DNA of 64,000 nt from Octopus vulgaris (GCA_951406725.2 OX597829.1:14074001-14138000); one strand, 5' to 3'; positions 13,067 through 28,062 are shown, numbered from the stretch's first letter. Made by a program: numbers and translations. The notes: generated by a model not told the origin, from the letters alone.

Positions 13067-13579
13067 TTGTATGTATGTATATATATATGTGTATGTATAT
13101 ATATGTATGTATATATGTATATTTAAGTGTGTATATAATATACATAATACATAATATATGTGTACATGTATGTGTGTGTGTATATATATATATAGATAGA
13201 TAGATAGATAGATAGATGGATAGATAGATAGATACAGACACACACATACGTATATACATACCACACACACAGAGCCGTGGAAGTGAAGGAAAGAGACACA
13301 GTGAGAGGTCTATAGAGATGGACAGACAAATGGAGAGAGAGTGAGGTACAGAGAGAGAAGAGGAAACAGAGAGAAGAGGGCAATGTGTGTGTGTACCAGC
13401 GCCCGAACGGGTAAAAATGTAGTGATTAAATCCCCGCCCTAACATATATCTCAAGGAATAAGTGTTCATATATTGCGTTTGGCCACCGCCACGGCCACCA
13501 CCACAGGTTTTGTGCCACTACGATCACAAACACCAGTGTAATCACCAAAAAGAACGATGGAGATGGAGGGATTAGGTGT

Positions 13580-13624
13580 TAAAATAACAATATTAATAAT
13601 AATAATAATAAAAATAAAAATAAA

Positions 13625-13656
<32 letters not shown>

Positions 13657-13657
13657 C

Positions 13658-13695
<38 letters not shown>

Positions 13696-13843
13696 CAACA
13701 ATAACAATAATAATAATAATAGTAATAATGATAATAATAATAATAATAATATATTATAATAATAGCAATAATGATAATAATAATAATAATAATAATAATA
13801 TTAAATAACAATAATAATAATAATAACAACAATAACAATAATA

Positions 13844-13876
<33 letters not shown>

Positions 13877-14050
13877 ATAATAATAATAATAACATCTACA
13901 ACAATAACAATAATAATAATAATAATAATAACAATAATAATAGTAATAATAACATCAACAACAATAACAATAATAATAATAATAATAATAACAATAATAA
14001 TAATGATAATAACAACAACAATAACAATAATAATAATAATAATAGTAATA
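13580..14050. repeat. (TAA)n/(AAC)n microsatellite
   Basis: Read directly. Confidence 0.95.
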
Positions 14051-14244
14051 AGGTATTACATTTTAAATAAAAGGACAACAAAAAACATACATTCAAGCAG
14101 ACACACACACAAAAAACTAAAAGTATAATAGCAAACATGCCAACAAACCTCTAATCCCTCCCACCAACTACACCAATCCACATACGCTGGACTAACGTCG
14201 TCGGCACAGCCCATGTGTGTGTGCATTTGCGCGTATCTATATGC

Positions 14245-14275
<31 letters not shown>

Positions 14276-15191
14276 CGTGTGTGTGTGTGTGTATATATGT
14301 ATGTATGTATACATATACATATATGTGCGTGTGTATATATGCATATATATGTATTTGTACATATTTATATATAAGTATGTATGTATACATAAATATATTC
14401 ATATACATATATGGGTGTGCGGATCTTCGTGTGTGAGTGCTTGTGTGTATGTGTGTATATATATTAATACATATACATATATATATATATCCGTAAATAC
14501 ATATATGTGTGTTTACATACATATACAAATAAATAAAAACTTACTCATGTACTACACACACACACACACACACAGACTGGCGTACAACAATACACATACA
14601 CATATCCATACATGGTACACACGTACAAACCTTTATCAGCAAGCAATACAAACATGAGGAGCTAGCTTTACTTACTAGGCCAGCCAGATTTCTTACAAGC
14701 TCCAGTACCAATCTTTTATTGCAAGCGCAATCAGCCATCAGTACAAGCGACGCCATTGTCGCTGCTCAATAACAATAACTTAACACACCGCCGCCATTAT
14801 AACGCAGAGGATGTTTTGTTACACACGTGGGCAATAATGAATAATACATAGAAGTATACATAAATACATGCACACATACATACGCACATACATGCATAAG
14901 TATATGCATACATGTATACATATATACACATATACATACACATAAACACGTTCACACACATATATATATCTATATATATATATATATACATATATATACG
15001 CATATATATATGCATATATATACATATGTATACATACAATTATATATACGCACACGCTTATATGGAGATATACCTATGTATATACAAGAAAAACATGTAT
15101 ATACAAGAATGTGGACATGTATATATAAATATGCATACATAGACATACCAATATATAATACTACACCTACATATGTATGTATTTATATGAG

Positions 15192-15233
<42 letters not shown>

Positions 15234-15325
15234 TCTTTGTGTGTATGTATATATATGAGTGTATAAATATGTATCTATATTTCTATAAAAGTATGTGTGA
15301 ATATATATACATGAGTATATATATA

Positions 15326-15365
<40 letters not shown>

Positions 15366-15396
15366 CATAGATATGTATATATATGCATATGTATGC

Positions 15397-15432
<36 letters not shown>

Positions 15433-15956
15433 GTGTTTTACATATGTATACATATATATACACCTTTACAAGGATATATGCGTGTGGGAACTATATATGT
15501 CTATATACATGCATTGACAAGTATACAAGTATATATTTATATATCTATATAAATGTATATTCATGCACACATATAAATATGAATATATATATATATATGT
15601 GTGTGTGTGTGTATGTATGTATTTTTTTACACATATATATATATGTATATATATAAATATATATACATATATATGTGTATAAGTATATATATGTATATAT
15701 ATATCATATGTATATATATATATATATGCGCATCCGTGTGTATATGGATATGTATTTATTTCTGTATATATATATCTCTACAGGTACGTATATGTCACTA
15801 CCTCTCTCTTTCTCTTTCGGTTTCCCTCCGTCTAATCTATTTCCTTTTCGATTTATTTCTTTAATACTCGTGTTACAAGTATATAACAATAACATAAATC
15901 ATTATATATTTCTATGTCTTGTATGTACATAAAAGTATATAATAAGCATATATATG

Positions 15957-15988
<32 letters not shown>

Positions 15989-16242
15989 TGTATGTATGTA
16001 TGTATGTATGTATATGCAAGTAATTGTTTAACTCTATATTATAGCGCAAATGCATATAAATAAACACACGCATACACACAAACACATATTCACGCAGACA
16101 TATACACACAAACACATATTCACGCACACACATATATTATTATTATTATTATTAATAATATCATTATTATTATTATATATAACTTACGATATATATATAC
16201 ACACATACACACATGTATATATATATGTATATATATGTATAC

Positions 16243-16297
<55 letters not shown>

Positions 16298-16426
16298 GCA
16301 CTCCCTAATATGACATAGTGAAAGGTATGTCTCTGTTCTTATATACTTATATATATTTGGTAATTAGCTACATATGTGAGGATGGGGTACATCGGTATAT
16401 TACATGTGTGTGCTAGTCTGTGCATT

Positions 16427-16461
<35 letters not shown>

Positions 16462-16468
16462 GTATGTT

Positions 16469-16500
<32 letters not shown>

Positions 16501-17039
16501 TGTATGTATGTGTGTGTGTATGTATGTATGTATGTGTGTATGTATGTATGTATGCATTCTGTATTCTTTTGCCCTTTTACTAGTTTCACTCATTTGAATT
16601 CGGCCATGCAGGCGCACCGCATTTTTTCATACAAATGGACCCCAGGACTTATTGTTTGTAAGTCTAGTACTTATTCTGTCTTTGTATTTTGCTGAACCAC
16701 TATTTTACGTGGACGTCAACACACCAACATCGGTTGTCAATAGGTAGTGTGGGACAAACGTAGACACGCAAATATTTCTTTCACTTTGCCATATACGGGT
16801 TGCAAATTCTGTTTGTTTCTGGAGACTTTTTTACTAGTAGGAAAAATAGTGATCTATTTGGCAGCTATTTCTAATATTTTCGGTATGTGGTTTTGAGCAA
16901 CTTGTTGCAATGAACCCTTTATTATAATTAATATAATTCTTACCAAATATGGTCTTTTCCATATCGATAAAACTACTAGGTGAAATTTATTAATTTTTTA
17001 AATTAATTATATTTCACCCCTTTTATTGAATATATATAT

Positions 17040-17480
17040 AAATAAAATCTTGGAGAAGAGAAATACCGCGTGCGTTCGGTCATATAGTAATATAATAAAT
17101 AAATAAAATATATGCATATATACATACCTATATGTACATACTTACATCTACATGTATATATACATGCATATATATATAAATATATATATGAGTACAGGAC
17201 ACCACAAATAAACGTGGAAAACACTTTGAGTCGAACCAGGGTCAGCTGATGAAGGGGAATTTTCCTTGTATTGTTTGTCCTGTACTCTGTTTTTTCGTTG
17301 TTTAAAAAAAGTCCGTTTCCTTGTTTGATTTTATGTTCTCGTCTCCCGTTGTGTTCTGCGTTTATTTGTGGTGTCCTGTACTCATATATATATATATATA
17401 TATGCATGTATATATACATGTAGATGTAAGTATGTACATATATGTATGTATATATGCATATATTTTATTTATTTATTATA
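17040..17480. repeat. Family C repeat present as an inverted pair
   Basis: GAGTACAGGACACCACAAATAAACG at ~17190 and its reverse complement CGTTTATTTGTGGTGTCCTGTACTC at ~17360. Confidence 0.7.
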
Positions 17481-17482
17481 TA

Positions 17483-17518
<36 letters not shown>

Positions 17519-17977
17519 GTGTGTGTGTGTATGTGTGTTTGTGTGTGTGTGTGTGTGTGTGTATTCGACGGACTTCTTTGAGTTTCCGACTACCAAACCC
17601 ACTCACAAGACTTTGGTCGGCCCGAGGCTATTGTAGGAGACACTTGCTCATGGTGCCACGTAATGAAATTGATCCCGGAAGCATATGGTTGGTAAGCAAA
17701 CTTCTTACTACACAACCACGCCTGCGCTTATATACATACATACATACACACATACTTATATATAATTTTTTGCTAGTTTATTTGTCTATTTGTCTTCTCC
17801 CCTGGTGATGCATGCTTTTAGAGTTAAGTTATGGCTGTTATATCTAGCATGCTGGTATCTTTTAGATTCCCTTAATTATAATTTTAATAATAATTATTAC
17901 CTAAAAGGTTTTATTCCGATAATAGCCTCTTGATATGATCGGTATTTCAAATAACGATCTTATCTTTATTTATATAA

Positions 17978-18167
<190 letters not shown>

Positions 18168-18228
18168 GTATCGTTTTGGGATTTGGTTTGCAAGATTCTT
18201 TATATGAGTTCGTGTGTTGAAGCATTTT

Positions 18229-18428
18229 CTGTTGTGTCTGGGAAGAGTCATTTTCTCTTTGTGCCTTATAGTATAACACACTCAACGGTAAAATTTCCAC
18301 TTATTTCTTATTTTTATTTTCCTAACCTTTTCGTTTTAGAAAAATAAAATAAAAATAAGTGGAAATTTTACCGGTGAGTGTATTATATTATAAGGCACAA
18401 AAAAAAATGACTCTCCCCAGGCACAACA

Positions 18429-18429
<1 letters not shown>
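18229..18429. repeat. ~200-bp imperfect palindrome, related to the arms at 28051-28246 and 28943-29131
   Basis: CTGTTGTGTCTGGGAAGAGTCATTTT...AAAATGACTCTCCCCAGGCACAACAG. Confidence 0.8.
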
Positions 18430-18497
<68 letters not shown>

Positions 18498-18559
18498 TGG
18501 GTGAGAGTGCATGTGTATGCGTGGGAATGCACCCTTCTGTCCGGCATTCGCCATGAGAG

Positions 18560-18745
18560 ATCGCTAGCCACAACACATCCTTCATCTTCTCTCCTCGTTT
18601 CTTTCTGTGTTCCTTTTGTGTGGAAGAGCGTAGGCTCGAAAAGTTAAAGACTATTTCACTCCCCGGGCGTTAAACTAATACATATGTTTGTTGTCTACAC
18701 CACCTGTCTTCGTTATTTATTTTTGTTTTTTTGTGAATTCTCCCG
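18560..18745 (+). mobile_element. Short non-coding pLTR-like repeat (homologue of 8505-8680)
   Basis: GGAAGAGCGTAGGCTCGAAA...ACTAATACAT...CCTGTCTTCGT. Confidence 0.55.
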
Positions 18746-18948
<203 letters not shown>

Positions 18949-18989
18949 GATATATATTTGTATGTATGCATATATAAATATTTATGTGC

Positions 18990-19030
<41 letters not shown>

Positions 19031-19386
19031 AACAGATAGATAGATACATATATATATAGTGAGAGAGAGAAAGAGAGATTTTACCGTGAATCACAAACAT
19101 AGTCCAGTAGACAATGTGCGTATGTGGTTTCGAGTAGACTTAGATAACTTCCTGACCGTACCACTTTAAACCCGAACGATACCGGAGGATCTGCAGCTAG
19201 AGTGGATAAAAATTTGCACCAGCAGTTGGCTGTTATATATTAACAGCAGAGAAATCTGATTCAAGTTGATGTGCTTTGCTCGAAGACTTTGTAATTATTA
19301 CTCCAAAACCCCAGCCACGCGTCCACTAGCATAGCCATGCGCATACGCACACGCATACACACACTCACACACGCACATACACACAC

Positions 19387-19459
<73 letters not shown>

Positions 19460-19552
19460 TTTATTTTCATTTATTTTCATTTTTTTTTTCATTTTATCTA
19501 GTTTCAGCTCACGAGCTGTGGCCATATATATTTTTTATGTATATGTATACAC

Positions 19553-19637
<85 letters not shown>

Positions 19638-19912
19638 ACACATACGTAACAGAAAGTGAGACAGAACATTAAATACATATAGACTTGTACACCTATATTA
19701 CGCCTAAATATACATATGAATCTAAACATATTTATTTATATACACATATTTGTATATATATACACATAATATATATAATATATATGTGATATATATTATG
19801 TATCTATATAATATATATCATATATATTATATATATTATGTGTATATATATATATATTATGTATCTATATAATATATATCATATATAATATATATATATG
19901 TATATATAAATA

Positions 19913-19944
<32 letters not shown>

Positions 19945-19964
19945 AAATCACACACACACATATA

Positions 19965-19996
<32 letters not shown>

Positions 19997-19999
19997 ACA

Positions 20000-20400
20000 A
20001 TTTAATAAATAAAGCATACATATATGTACATACCTACATCTATATGTATATATACATGCATATATGAGTACAGGACACCACAAATAAACGTAGAACACAA
20101 CGAGAAACGAAATCATAAAATCAAACAAGGAAACAGACTTTTAACAACGAAACAACAGAGTACAAGACAAACAACACAAGGAACATTGCCCTTCTTCCGC
20201 TGCCCCTGTTTCGATTCAATGTGTGTTTCGAAGGTATCGGCAGAACACGACCGCGCCGAAGCAGTCCTTCCCGCAAAATAAATTAAATAATTTTTTTTTA
20301 TGGAGGGGTGAAAAAAAGTGACAAGAGCAATACAAATGAAGAAAACACAGTACAAATAAAGATAAAAACAGTAAAAGACAGGACAAGGAAACCAACATTA
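20000..20400. repeat. Family C repeat, long copy
   Basis: Collinear with 31035-31450. Confidence 0.7.
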
Positions 20401-20711
20401 AGGGCTTTTTTAAGCCTATATCTATGCATTTATATATATATATATCGGGGATTATGAATACATTATTCCATTGAATGTTAGAAAAGGAATCAACGACCGG
20501 CGAACAGCCCTGTGCGTGTTGCAGTCATAAAACAATTGGTAAGTGGCATGAACGAACACTGGAGCTTTGTCGGAATTATGGAAATTTTCAGCCGATTTAT
20601 ATGCCCGGGCGCCTATGTACGCGTGCGTGTCTGTGTGTGTGTGAGAGCATATGTGTACGTAGGAATGCATTTTGGGACACAGAGGCATATAGATAGAGAG
20701 AGAGAGAAGCG

Positions 20712-20783
<72 letters not shown>

Positions 20784-20911
20784 CCCATACACTGCTATAT
20801 CTGTCATTCATGATCTACCATATCTATGAATGCATGTGTATATATAGTAATTATTATATATATATATATTATATATATGTATATATGTATATATATATGT
20901 ATATATATATG

Positions 20912-20946
<35 letters not shown>

Positions 20947-20951
<5 letters not shown>

Positions 20952-21200
20952 CCTATCACTAAAAAAATATTATATATATATATATATATATTACATACAT
21001 ATATATATTATTTACATATGAGAGGGATGACCACTATGTGGGCAACCCTTATGCTAGAAGTAGATCCGCTATGGTCTTGCCACTAAGAAATTTTCTTGAA
21101 AACATTTAATAAAACATGTAATAAAATTTTCTGAACCTTCAGATTTTAATATGCTTGACCACTGGTTTTAAATTGATGTTAATCAAATTAATATATATAC

Positions 21201-21238
<38 letters not shown>

Positions 21239-21290
21239 ATAGATGAGTGTATTTACTTGTTTAAACCTGCGTTAACTCCATTTTTTATTC

Positions 21291-21348
<58 letters not shown>

Positions 21349-21550
21349 ATAACCCTTATGCTAGAAGTAGATCCGCTATTGTGTTACCACTAAGAAATGT
21401 TTTCAAGAAAATTTTTTAGTGGCAAGACCATAGCGGATCTACTTCTAGCATAAGGGTTGCCCACATAGTGGTCATCCCTCTCATATGTAAATAATATATA
21501 TATGTATGTAATATATATATATATAATTTATTTTTTAGTGATAGGATTAT
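20947..21550. repeat. Inverted repeat (arms 20947-21107 and 21395-21550) with a nested hairpin at 21351-21458
   Basis: GATGACCACTATGTGGGCAACCCTTATGCTAGAAGTAGATCCGC and its exact reverse complement. Confidence 0.85.
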
Positions 21551-21551
21551 A

Positions 21552-21638
<87 letters not shown>

Positions 21639-21700
21639 ATATATATGTAATATATATATATATATATATAATATATATATATATATGTATGTATTATATA

Positions 21701-21808
<108 letters not shown>

Positions 21809-21951
21809 ATTGTGTGTGTGTGTATACATATATATATGTATGTATCCGATGAACGGCAACGGGAAACTCAGAGTAACAGGTTTTGTTGAATTTTCTGCTG
21901 CTTTAAATAAAGTATATAGATAGATAGATAGATAGATATACATATATATAC

Positions 21952-21983
<32 letters not shown>

Positions 21984-22014
21984 CTGTATACATACATACA
22001 TACATATATATAAA

Positions 22015-22059
<45 letters not shown>

Positions 22060-22188
22060 GATAGACAGACAGACATACTGATAGGTAATTCATTGCGCGC
22101 AAATATACATTCATATGAATTTCGATTTCTCTTGTACATATATATGCTTATATATTTAACTTCGTTTGTATAAAATTGTATAAAATAT

Positions 22189-22626
22189 AGGCGCAGGTAT
22201 GATTGTGTGGTTAGAACTTTACTCCCCAATTGCATGATTCAAGGTTTTGTTCTACTGTGTAGCAAGTAACTTCCATTACAGCTCCGAACCGACTTGTGCC
22301 ATGTGAATGGATTTAGTAGACGAAAACTCAAGAAGCCCATCGTAATAGGTATATATTTATGTGCGTATGTATGTGTGTGCGTGAGTTTGTGGTTATGTGT
22401 ATATGCGTGTCCATGTGTGTGTTTGTCTTTCCACCGTCACCCACAGCTGCTTGACAACCGACATTGGTTTGTCTATGTCTCCATGACATAGCGATTCGAC
22501 AAAATGTGGCCGATAGAATAAGTAATAAACATTAAAAAACAATAACAATTGGGTTCGATTTGTTTCACGCAACCATTAGAGGTGATGCCCCAAAATGACC
22601 GCATTCTAATGACTGACACAATAAAG
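22189..22626 (+). mobile_element. Diverged SINE family A
   Basis: AGGCGCAGG head, GCTTGACAACCG body and AATGACTGACAC tail. Confidence 0.7.
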
Positions 22627-22665
22627 ATCACTAGTAAAAGTTTATATATATATATATATATATTA

Positions 22666-23061
22666 TTTGTTTCAGTCATTTGACTGTGGCCATGCTGGAG
22701 CACCACCTTTAGTTGAGCAAATCGACTCCAGGACTTATTCCCTGTAAGCCTAGTACCTATTCTATCGGTCTTTTTAACCGAACCGCTAAGTGACAGGAAC
22801 ACTCACACACCACTATTGGTTGTACAGCGATGTTGGGGAGGGGGGCAAACACAGAGACAAATGACAAACACACACATACATGTATGTAGATTTATATATG
22901 CGACGGGCTTCTTTCAGTTTCCGTCTACCAATCCATTGAAAAGGCTTTGGTGGGCCCGGGGCTATAGTAGAAGGCACTTGCACAAGGTGACAAGCGGTGG
23001 GACTGAACCCGCAACCATGTGGTTGGGAAGCAAGTTTTCTGCCACACGGCCACCCTGCACC
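22666..23061 (-). mobile_element. SINE family A
   Basis: Family A in reverse complement. Confidence 0.8.
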
Positions 23062-23280
23062 CGTATATGTACATACACATATGCATATGTACATACACAC
23101 ATACATACACACACATACAAACATACACACACACATACATACATGCATACATACATACATACATACATACATGCATACATACATACATACATTCATACAT
23201 ACATATATACATACCTACATACATACATATATACATACAGTCCTGCGCCTATGTGTGTGTGTGTATATATATATATATAA

Positions 23281-23506
23281 AAGGCGGCGAGCTGGCAGAC
23301 ACGTTAGCGCGCCGGGCGAAATGCTTAACGGTATTTCGTCTGTCGTTACGTTCTGACTTCAAATTCCGCCGAGGTCAACTTTGCCTTTCATCTTTTCCGG
23401 GTCGATAAATAAAGTACCAGTTTCGCACTGGGGACGATATTATCGACTCAATCCCTTCGTCTGTCCTTGTTTGTCCCCTCTATGTTTAGCTCCTTCTGGG
23501 CAGTAA
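23281..23506 (+). mobile_element. SINE family B
   Basis: AGGCGGCGAGCTGGCAG...GCAGTAAA. Confidence 0.85.
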
Positions 23507-23515
23507 AAAAATATA

Positions 23516-23564
<49 letters not shown>

Positions 23565-23730
23565 TACACACATAGGCGCAGGACTGTATGTATATATGTA
23601 TGCATGTAGGTATGTATATATGTATGTATGAATGTATGTATGTATGTATGCATGTATGTATGTATGCATGTATGTATGTGTGTGTGTATGTATGTATGTG
23701 TGTGTATGTATGTGTGTATGTACATATGCA

Positions 23731-23766
<36 letters not shown>

Positions 23767-23894
23767 TGTATGTATGCATGTATGTATGTATGTATGTATG
23801 TATTATGTATGTATGTATGTGTGTATGTATGTATATATGTATGTATGTATGTATGTGTGTATGTATGTGTGTATGTATGTATGTATGTCCTTTT

Positions 23895-24135
23895 CTCTTA
23901 CTCTCCTTAACATTTTGCCCCGATATATCAAGGAAGAAAAAAGATAACATATCATTACAAACGTTTTTGGATAAATTCCACTAACAAATTCCATCTAAAT
24001 TTTCTGCACTCAATATCTGCATACAATAACTCTCTGGACTCTGGTGACCAAAATATGAAAAGAATTCGGAACATAACTACATGTCTTCATCAGGTAGTGC
24101 TGTTAATGGCCTGGGCAAATTATGTCCGAAAACTA
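23895..24135 (+). mobile_element. Decayed 3' end of a CR1/L2-group LINE
   Basis: NILPRYIKEEK...FLDKF remnant, then ATCAGGTAGTGC...ATGGCCTGG...CCGAAA shared with 25384-25435 and 32510-32780. Confidence 0.5.
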
Positions 24136-24482
24136 TTTGAGTGAATATTGAAAGGAATTAACATTTGTTGGTTAATAATAAATTATTTTTATGATATAAC
24201 TCCATATATAAATATAAGGATTAATATATGTACACACGTGCGCGCGCGAAGACACATACACAGATACACACACACGCGCACACACTCTAAACTCCATATA
24301 CAGACACACGCACACTCTACACTCACAATTATATATATATACATGTATTTATATATATGTATGCATATATATGCATATATGCAGAAACATACACATATGT
24401 GTGTATATATATGTGTGTGTTTTCTGTGTGCATATGTTTGTGTGTGTGTAATATATGTAAATATGCATTTATCGATGTATGT

Positions 24483-24513
<31 letters not shown>

Positions 24514-24607
24514 TATATATATTTATATACATATGTACGCATATATACACTTATACATACACACACACACACTTATATATACTTCTAATAATTGTTTGTA
24601 TATATTT

Positions 24608-24978
24608 AGGCGTAGAAGGGTTGTGTGGTAAGTAGCTAGCTTACCAACCACATGGTTCCAGGTTCAGTCCTACTGCGTGGAACCTTGGGCAAATATCTCC
24701 TACTATATCCTCGGGCCCCACAAATCCTTGTGAGTGGATTTCGTAGACGGAAAGAAGCCCGTCGTATATATGTATGTATATATATGTGTGTGTGTGTGTG
24801 TTTGTGTGTTTGTATGTCTGCGTTTGTCCCCCCAACATCGCTTGACAACCGATGCATGTGTGTTTACGTCCCCGTAACTTAGCGGTTCGGTAAAAGAGAC
24901 CGATAGAATAGGTACTAGGCTTGCAAAAATTAAGTCCTGATCCATTATGGCCAGTCAAATGACTGAAACTAGTAAAAT
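24608..24978 (+). mobile_element. SINE family A
   Basis: Head, body and tail motifs present. Confidence 0.8.
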
Positions 24979-24997
24979 AGTATATATTTATATATGC

Positions 24998-25117
<120 letters not shown>

Positions 25118-25149
25118 ATATTTACATATACACATATATATATGTATAA

Positions 25150-25202
<53 letters not shown>

Positions 25203-25335
25203 CAGCCGAAATTGCTAAGATGATCTGGTTCTTGACTGATGACTGAGGGCTTCGAATGTCCCGTCCTGTGGTTCTTGTGTCGTCTCTGTGGCGTTTCATG
25301 TTCTTGTCCATGTCTGTAATTATTTTTACTGTTTA

Positions 25336-25370
<35 letters not shown>

Positions 25371-25509
25371 TTTGATTCTTTGATAGGTTTCGGCCATTAT
25401 TGGCCCAGGCCATGTCTAACTTAATAGCACCACCACATATGTATATACATTAATACAACTTCTCATTTGTGCATTTTACAGACAGACAGACAGATAGATA
25501 GATAGATAT

Positions 25510-25733
25510 GTTTCTTTATTAGCCACACAGGGCTGCACACAGATAGAACAAATTACAAGGTAGAGCTTTTCTTTTGAATGTTTAAAAAAAAAATTAAAAA
25601 AAAAAAAAAATAAAAAAAAAAAAAAAAAAGTAAGGGGGAGTTTCGATCAAAAGGGATCGTAAAAGGAGAGAAGGAGGACAAAAAAAAAAGGGGGGTTAAA
25701 AAAAGGGGGAGAGGAAAAAAAAAAAAAAAAAAA
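25510..25733 (-). mobile_element. 3' terminus of the Tx1-clade LINE, embedded in (GATA)n
   Basis: GTTTCTTTATTAGCCACACAGGGCTGCACACAGAT...ACAAGGTAGAGCTTTTC matches 34029-34095. Confidence 0.8.
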
Positions 25734-25752
25734 GATAGATAGATGGATAGAC

Positions 25753-25801
<49 letters not shown>

Positions 25802-25802
25802 T

Positions 25803-25912
<110 letters not shown>

Positions 25913-25934
25913 GGATGGATAGATAGATAGATAT

Positions 25935-26102
25935 GTTTCTTTATTAGCCACACAGGGCTGCACACAGATAGAACAAATTACAAGGTAGAGCTTTTCTTTT
26001 GAAGGTTTAAAAAAAAAAAAAGGAAGGGGGAGTTTCGATCAAAAGGGATCGTAAAAGGAGAGAAAGAGGACAAAAAAGGGGGTTAAAAAAAGGGGGAGAG
26101 GA

Positions 26103-26105
<3 letters not shown>
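25935..26105 (-). mobile_element. Second 3' terminus of the Tx1-clade LINE, embedded in (GATA)n
   Basis: Same terminal sequence as 25510 and 34029. Confidence 0.8.
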
Positions 26106-26147
<42 letters not shown>

Positions 26148-26489
26148 ATATACATGCAAAAACTTTTGTCTGGGTCTTGTGTATATGTATATGTGTATTT
26201 CTTTGCGTATATGTGTGTATGTGTTGTGTTATTGTATGTGTATAGTTGCTTGCGCCTGTTATTCTCAGACGGTTTCACACAAGACATATACAGGTGCTCC
26301 GTGGATTTAAAAATGTGAATTAACGTCTTAGACGACCAAATCTATTTCTTTGAGGGTCTTAAATTATGATTAATAAAACAAGGTAAGTGCTTTATATTTA
26401 TAAATTTTCTTTTTATTTCTGACTTTAAAGTATTAACACTTTTTTATAACATATATACAAAGCGACAGCTATTTAGATAGATAGATAGG

Positions 26490-26565
<76 letters not shown>

Positions 26566-26846
26566 AGGCTTTTGTATGTATGTATATGTATGTGTGTAGG
26601 TATGTGTTTATGATTGTATATATATGTGTGTATTTATGTACATGTATATGAAATATATGTGTGTGTGTTTGTGTGTGTGTATCTGTGTGTATGCATGTGT
26701 GTGTGTATGTGTGTGCATATATATATATATTTATATATATATATATAAATGTTGTTTCTCTGTAAATTTCAACTATATATATGTATATGCATAATATAGA
26801 TAGGTATTTGTTTATATATGCATATGTGTGGAGGTATGTGTATATG

Positions 26847-26882
<36 letters not shown>

Positions 26883-27384
26883 TGTGTGTGTGTGTGTACA
26901 TTATAAGTATATATATATGCATATTAAATATATAGTTACATACACACACACGTCCATTTTTATAAAAACAGATTGATAGGCATATATACACACATATACA
27001 TATAGACAGAAATAGAAGCATGCATACTCCGAACGATATAGCTTAGTATCTACATTTTTGTGTGTAAAGGAAATATAATCCAATGAGACTGACGGTGATA
27101 TGTGTCAATATAAATAATGTGAAGTTAAAGATGTAAGTTCCCATCTTGTAGGAGAGTATTTAACGAAATTTTGGATTTATTTTTCATCCCTCGAGTCCAC
27201 AGTCGGGAAAAAGACCTGACGTGAGTCGCAAAATCCTTATCACCACTTTCACAAGAAAGTGTGTATTTCATTATATTTACATATAAATATATATGCATGC
27301 TACGTTTATATATTTGTTGTGCAAGAGATCTTAAGGAAGAAAAGAGCTCATCGGTTCTATACCAACCGAGCAGGAACATAGGGG

Positions 27385-27545
27385 ATCAATCAACAACATA
27401 GAGGTTAAAATCTTCCACACATAGAACAGATGCAACAATCAGACGAATTACAGAAGCTACACACATAATAGAAGATAAACCTAGCCTGAATTCGAAACTG
27501 GAATGGAACACTGGCACACACCACAACATATCCCCTTAAACTGGT
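27385..27545 (+). mobile_element. C-terminal remnant of a Penelope GIY-YIG endonuclease
   Basis: Manual translation DATIRRITEATHIIEDKPSLNSKLEW fits the R..E..HI...PSLN C-terminal motif of PLE endonucleases. Confidence 0.55.
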
Positions 27546-27942
27546 TGCAATATAAACAAAACCAAAAACATAATAAATAAAATACACAGATAAATAAACA
27601 AATAGAAATAAATAACTATATAGGTTTTTTTTAAATTAAAAGATTTAAAAAAAATTTTTTATAATTTTTTTTAATTAAAAAATTTTTTTTAATGTTTTTT
27701 ATTATTATTATTGTTATTACTAGTATTGTTGTTATACATACATACATACATACATACATACATACATACATACATACATACATACATACATACATACGTA
27801 ATAATAATAATAATGATGATAATAATAATAATAAGATAGATAGATAGATTGACTCTGCAATTGGTATTCAACAAACAATATTTCGTACTTTGTTTTGACT
27901 TATATAGTTACCTGCATACCTATATATATATATATATATATG

Positions 27943-28017
<75 letters not shown>

Positions 28018-28050
28018 TCAGACACATATATACATATATATATATATTAT

Positions 28051-28062
28051 ATACATAACTCC

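Noticed and set aside
17215-17275. Type II hammerhead in family C (GAAA...GTC...CTGATGA)
   Set aside because: Stems I and III do not pair in any of the copies; kept only as a note on the family.
25230-25275. CTGATGA...CGAATGTCCCGTC
   Set aside because: GAAA is incomplete and there are no consistent stems.
26294-26382. Possible plus-strand exon (CAG|...AAG|GTAAGT)
   Set aside because: Weak polypyrimidine tract, AT-rich with several stop codons, and such sites are expected by chance.
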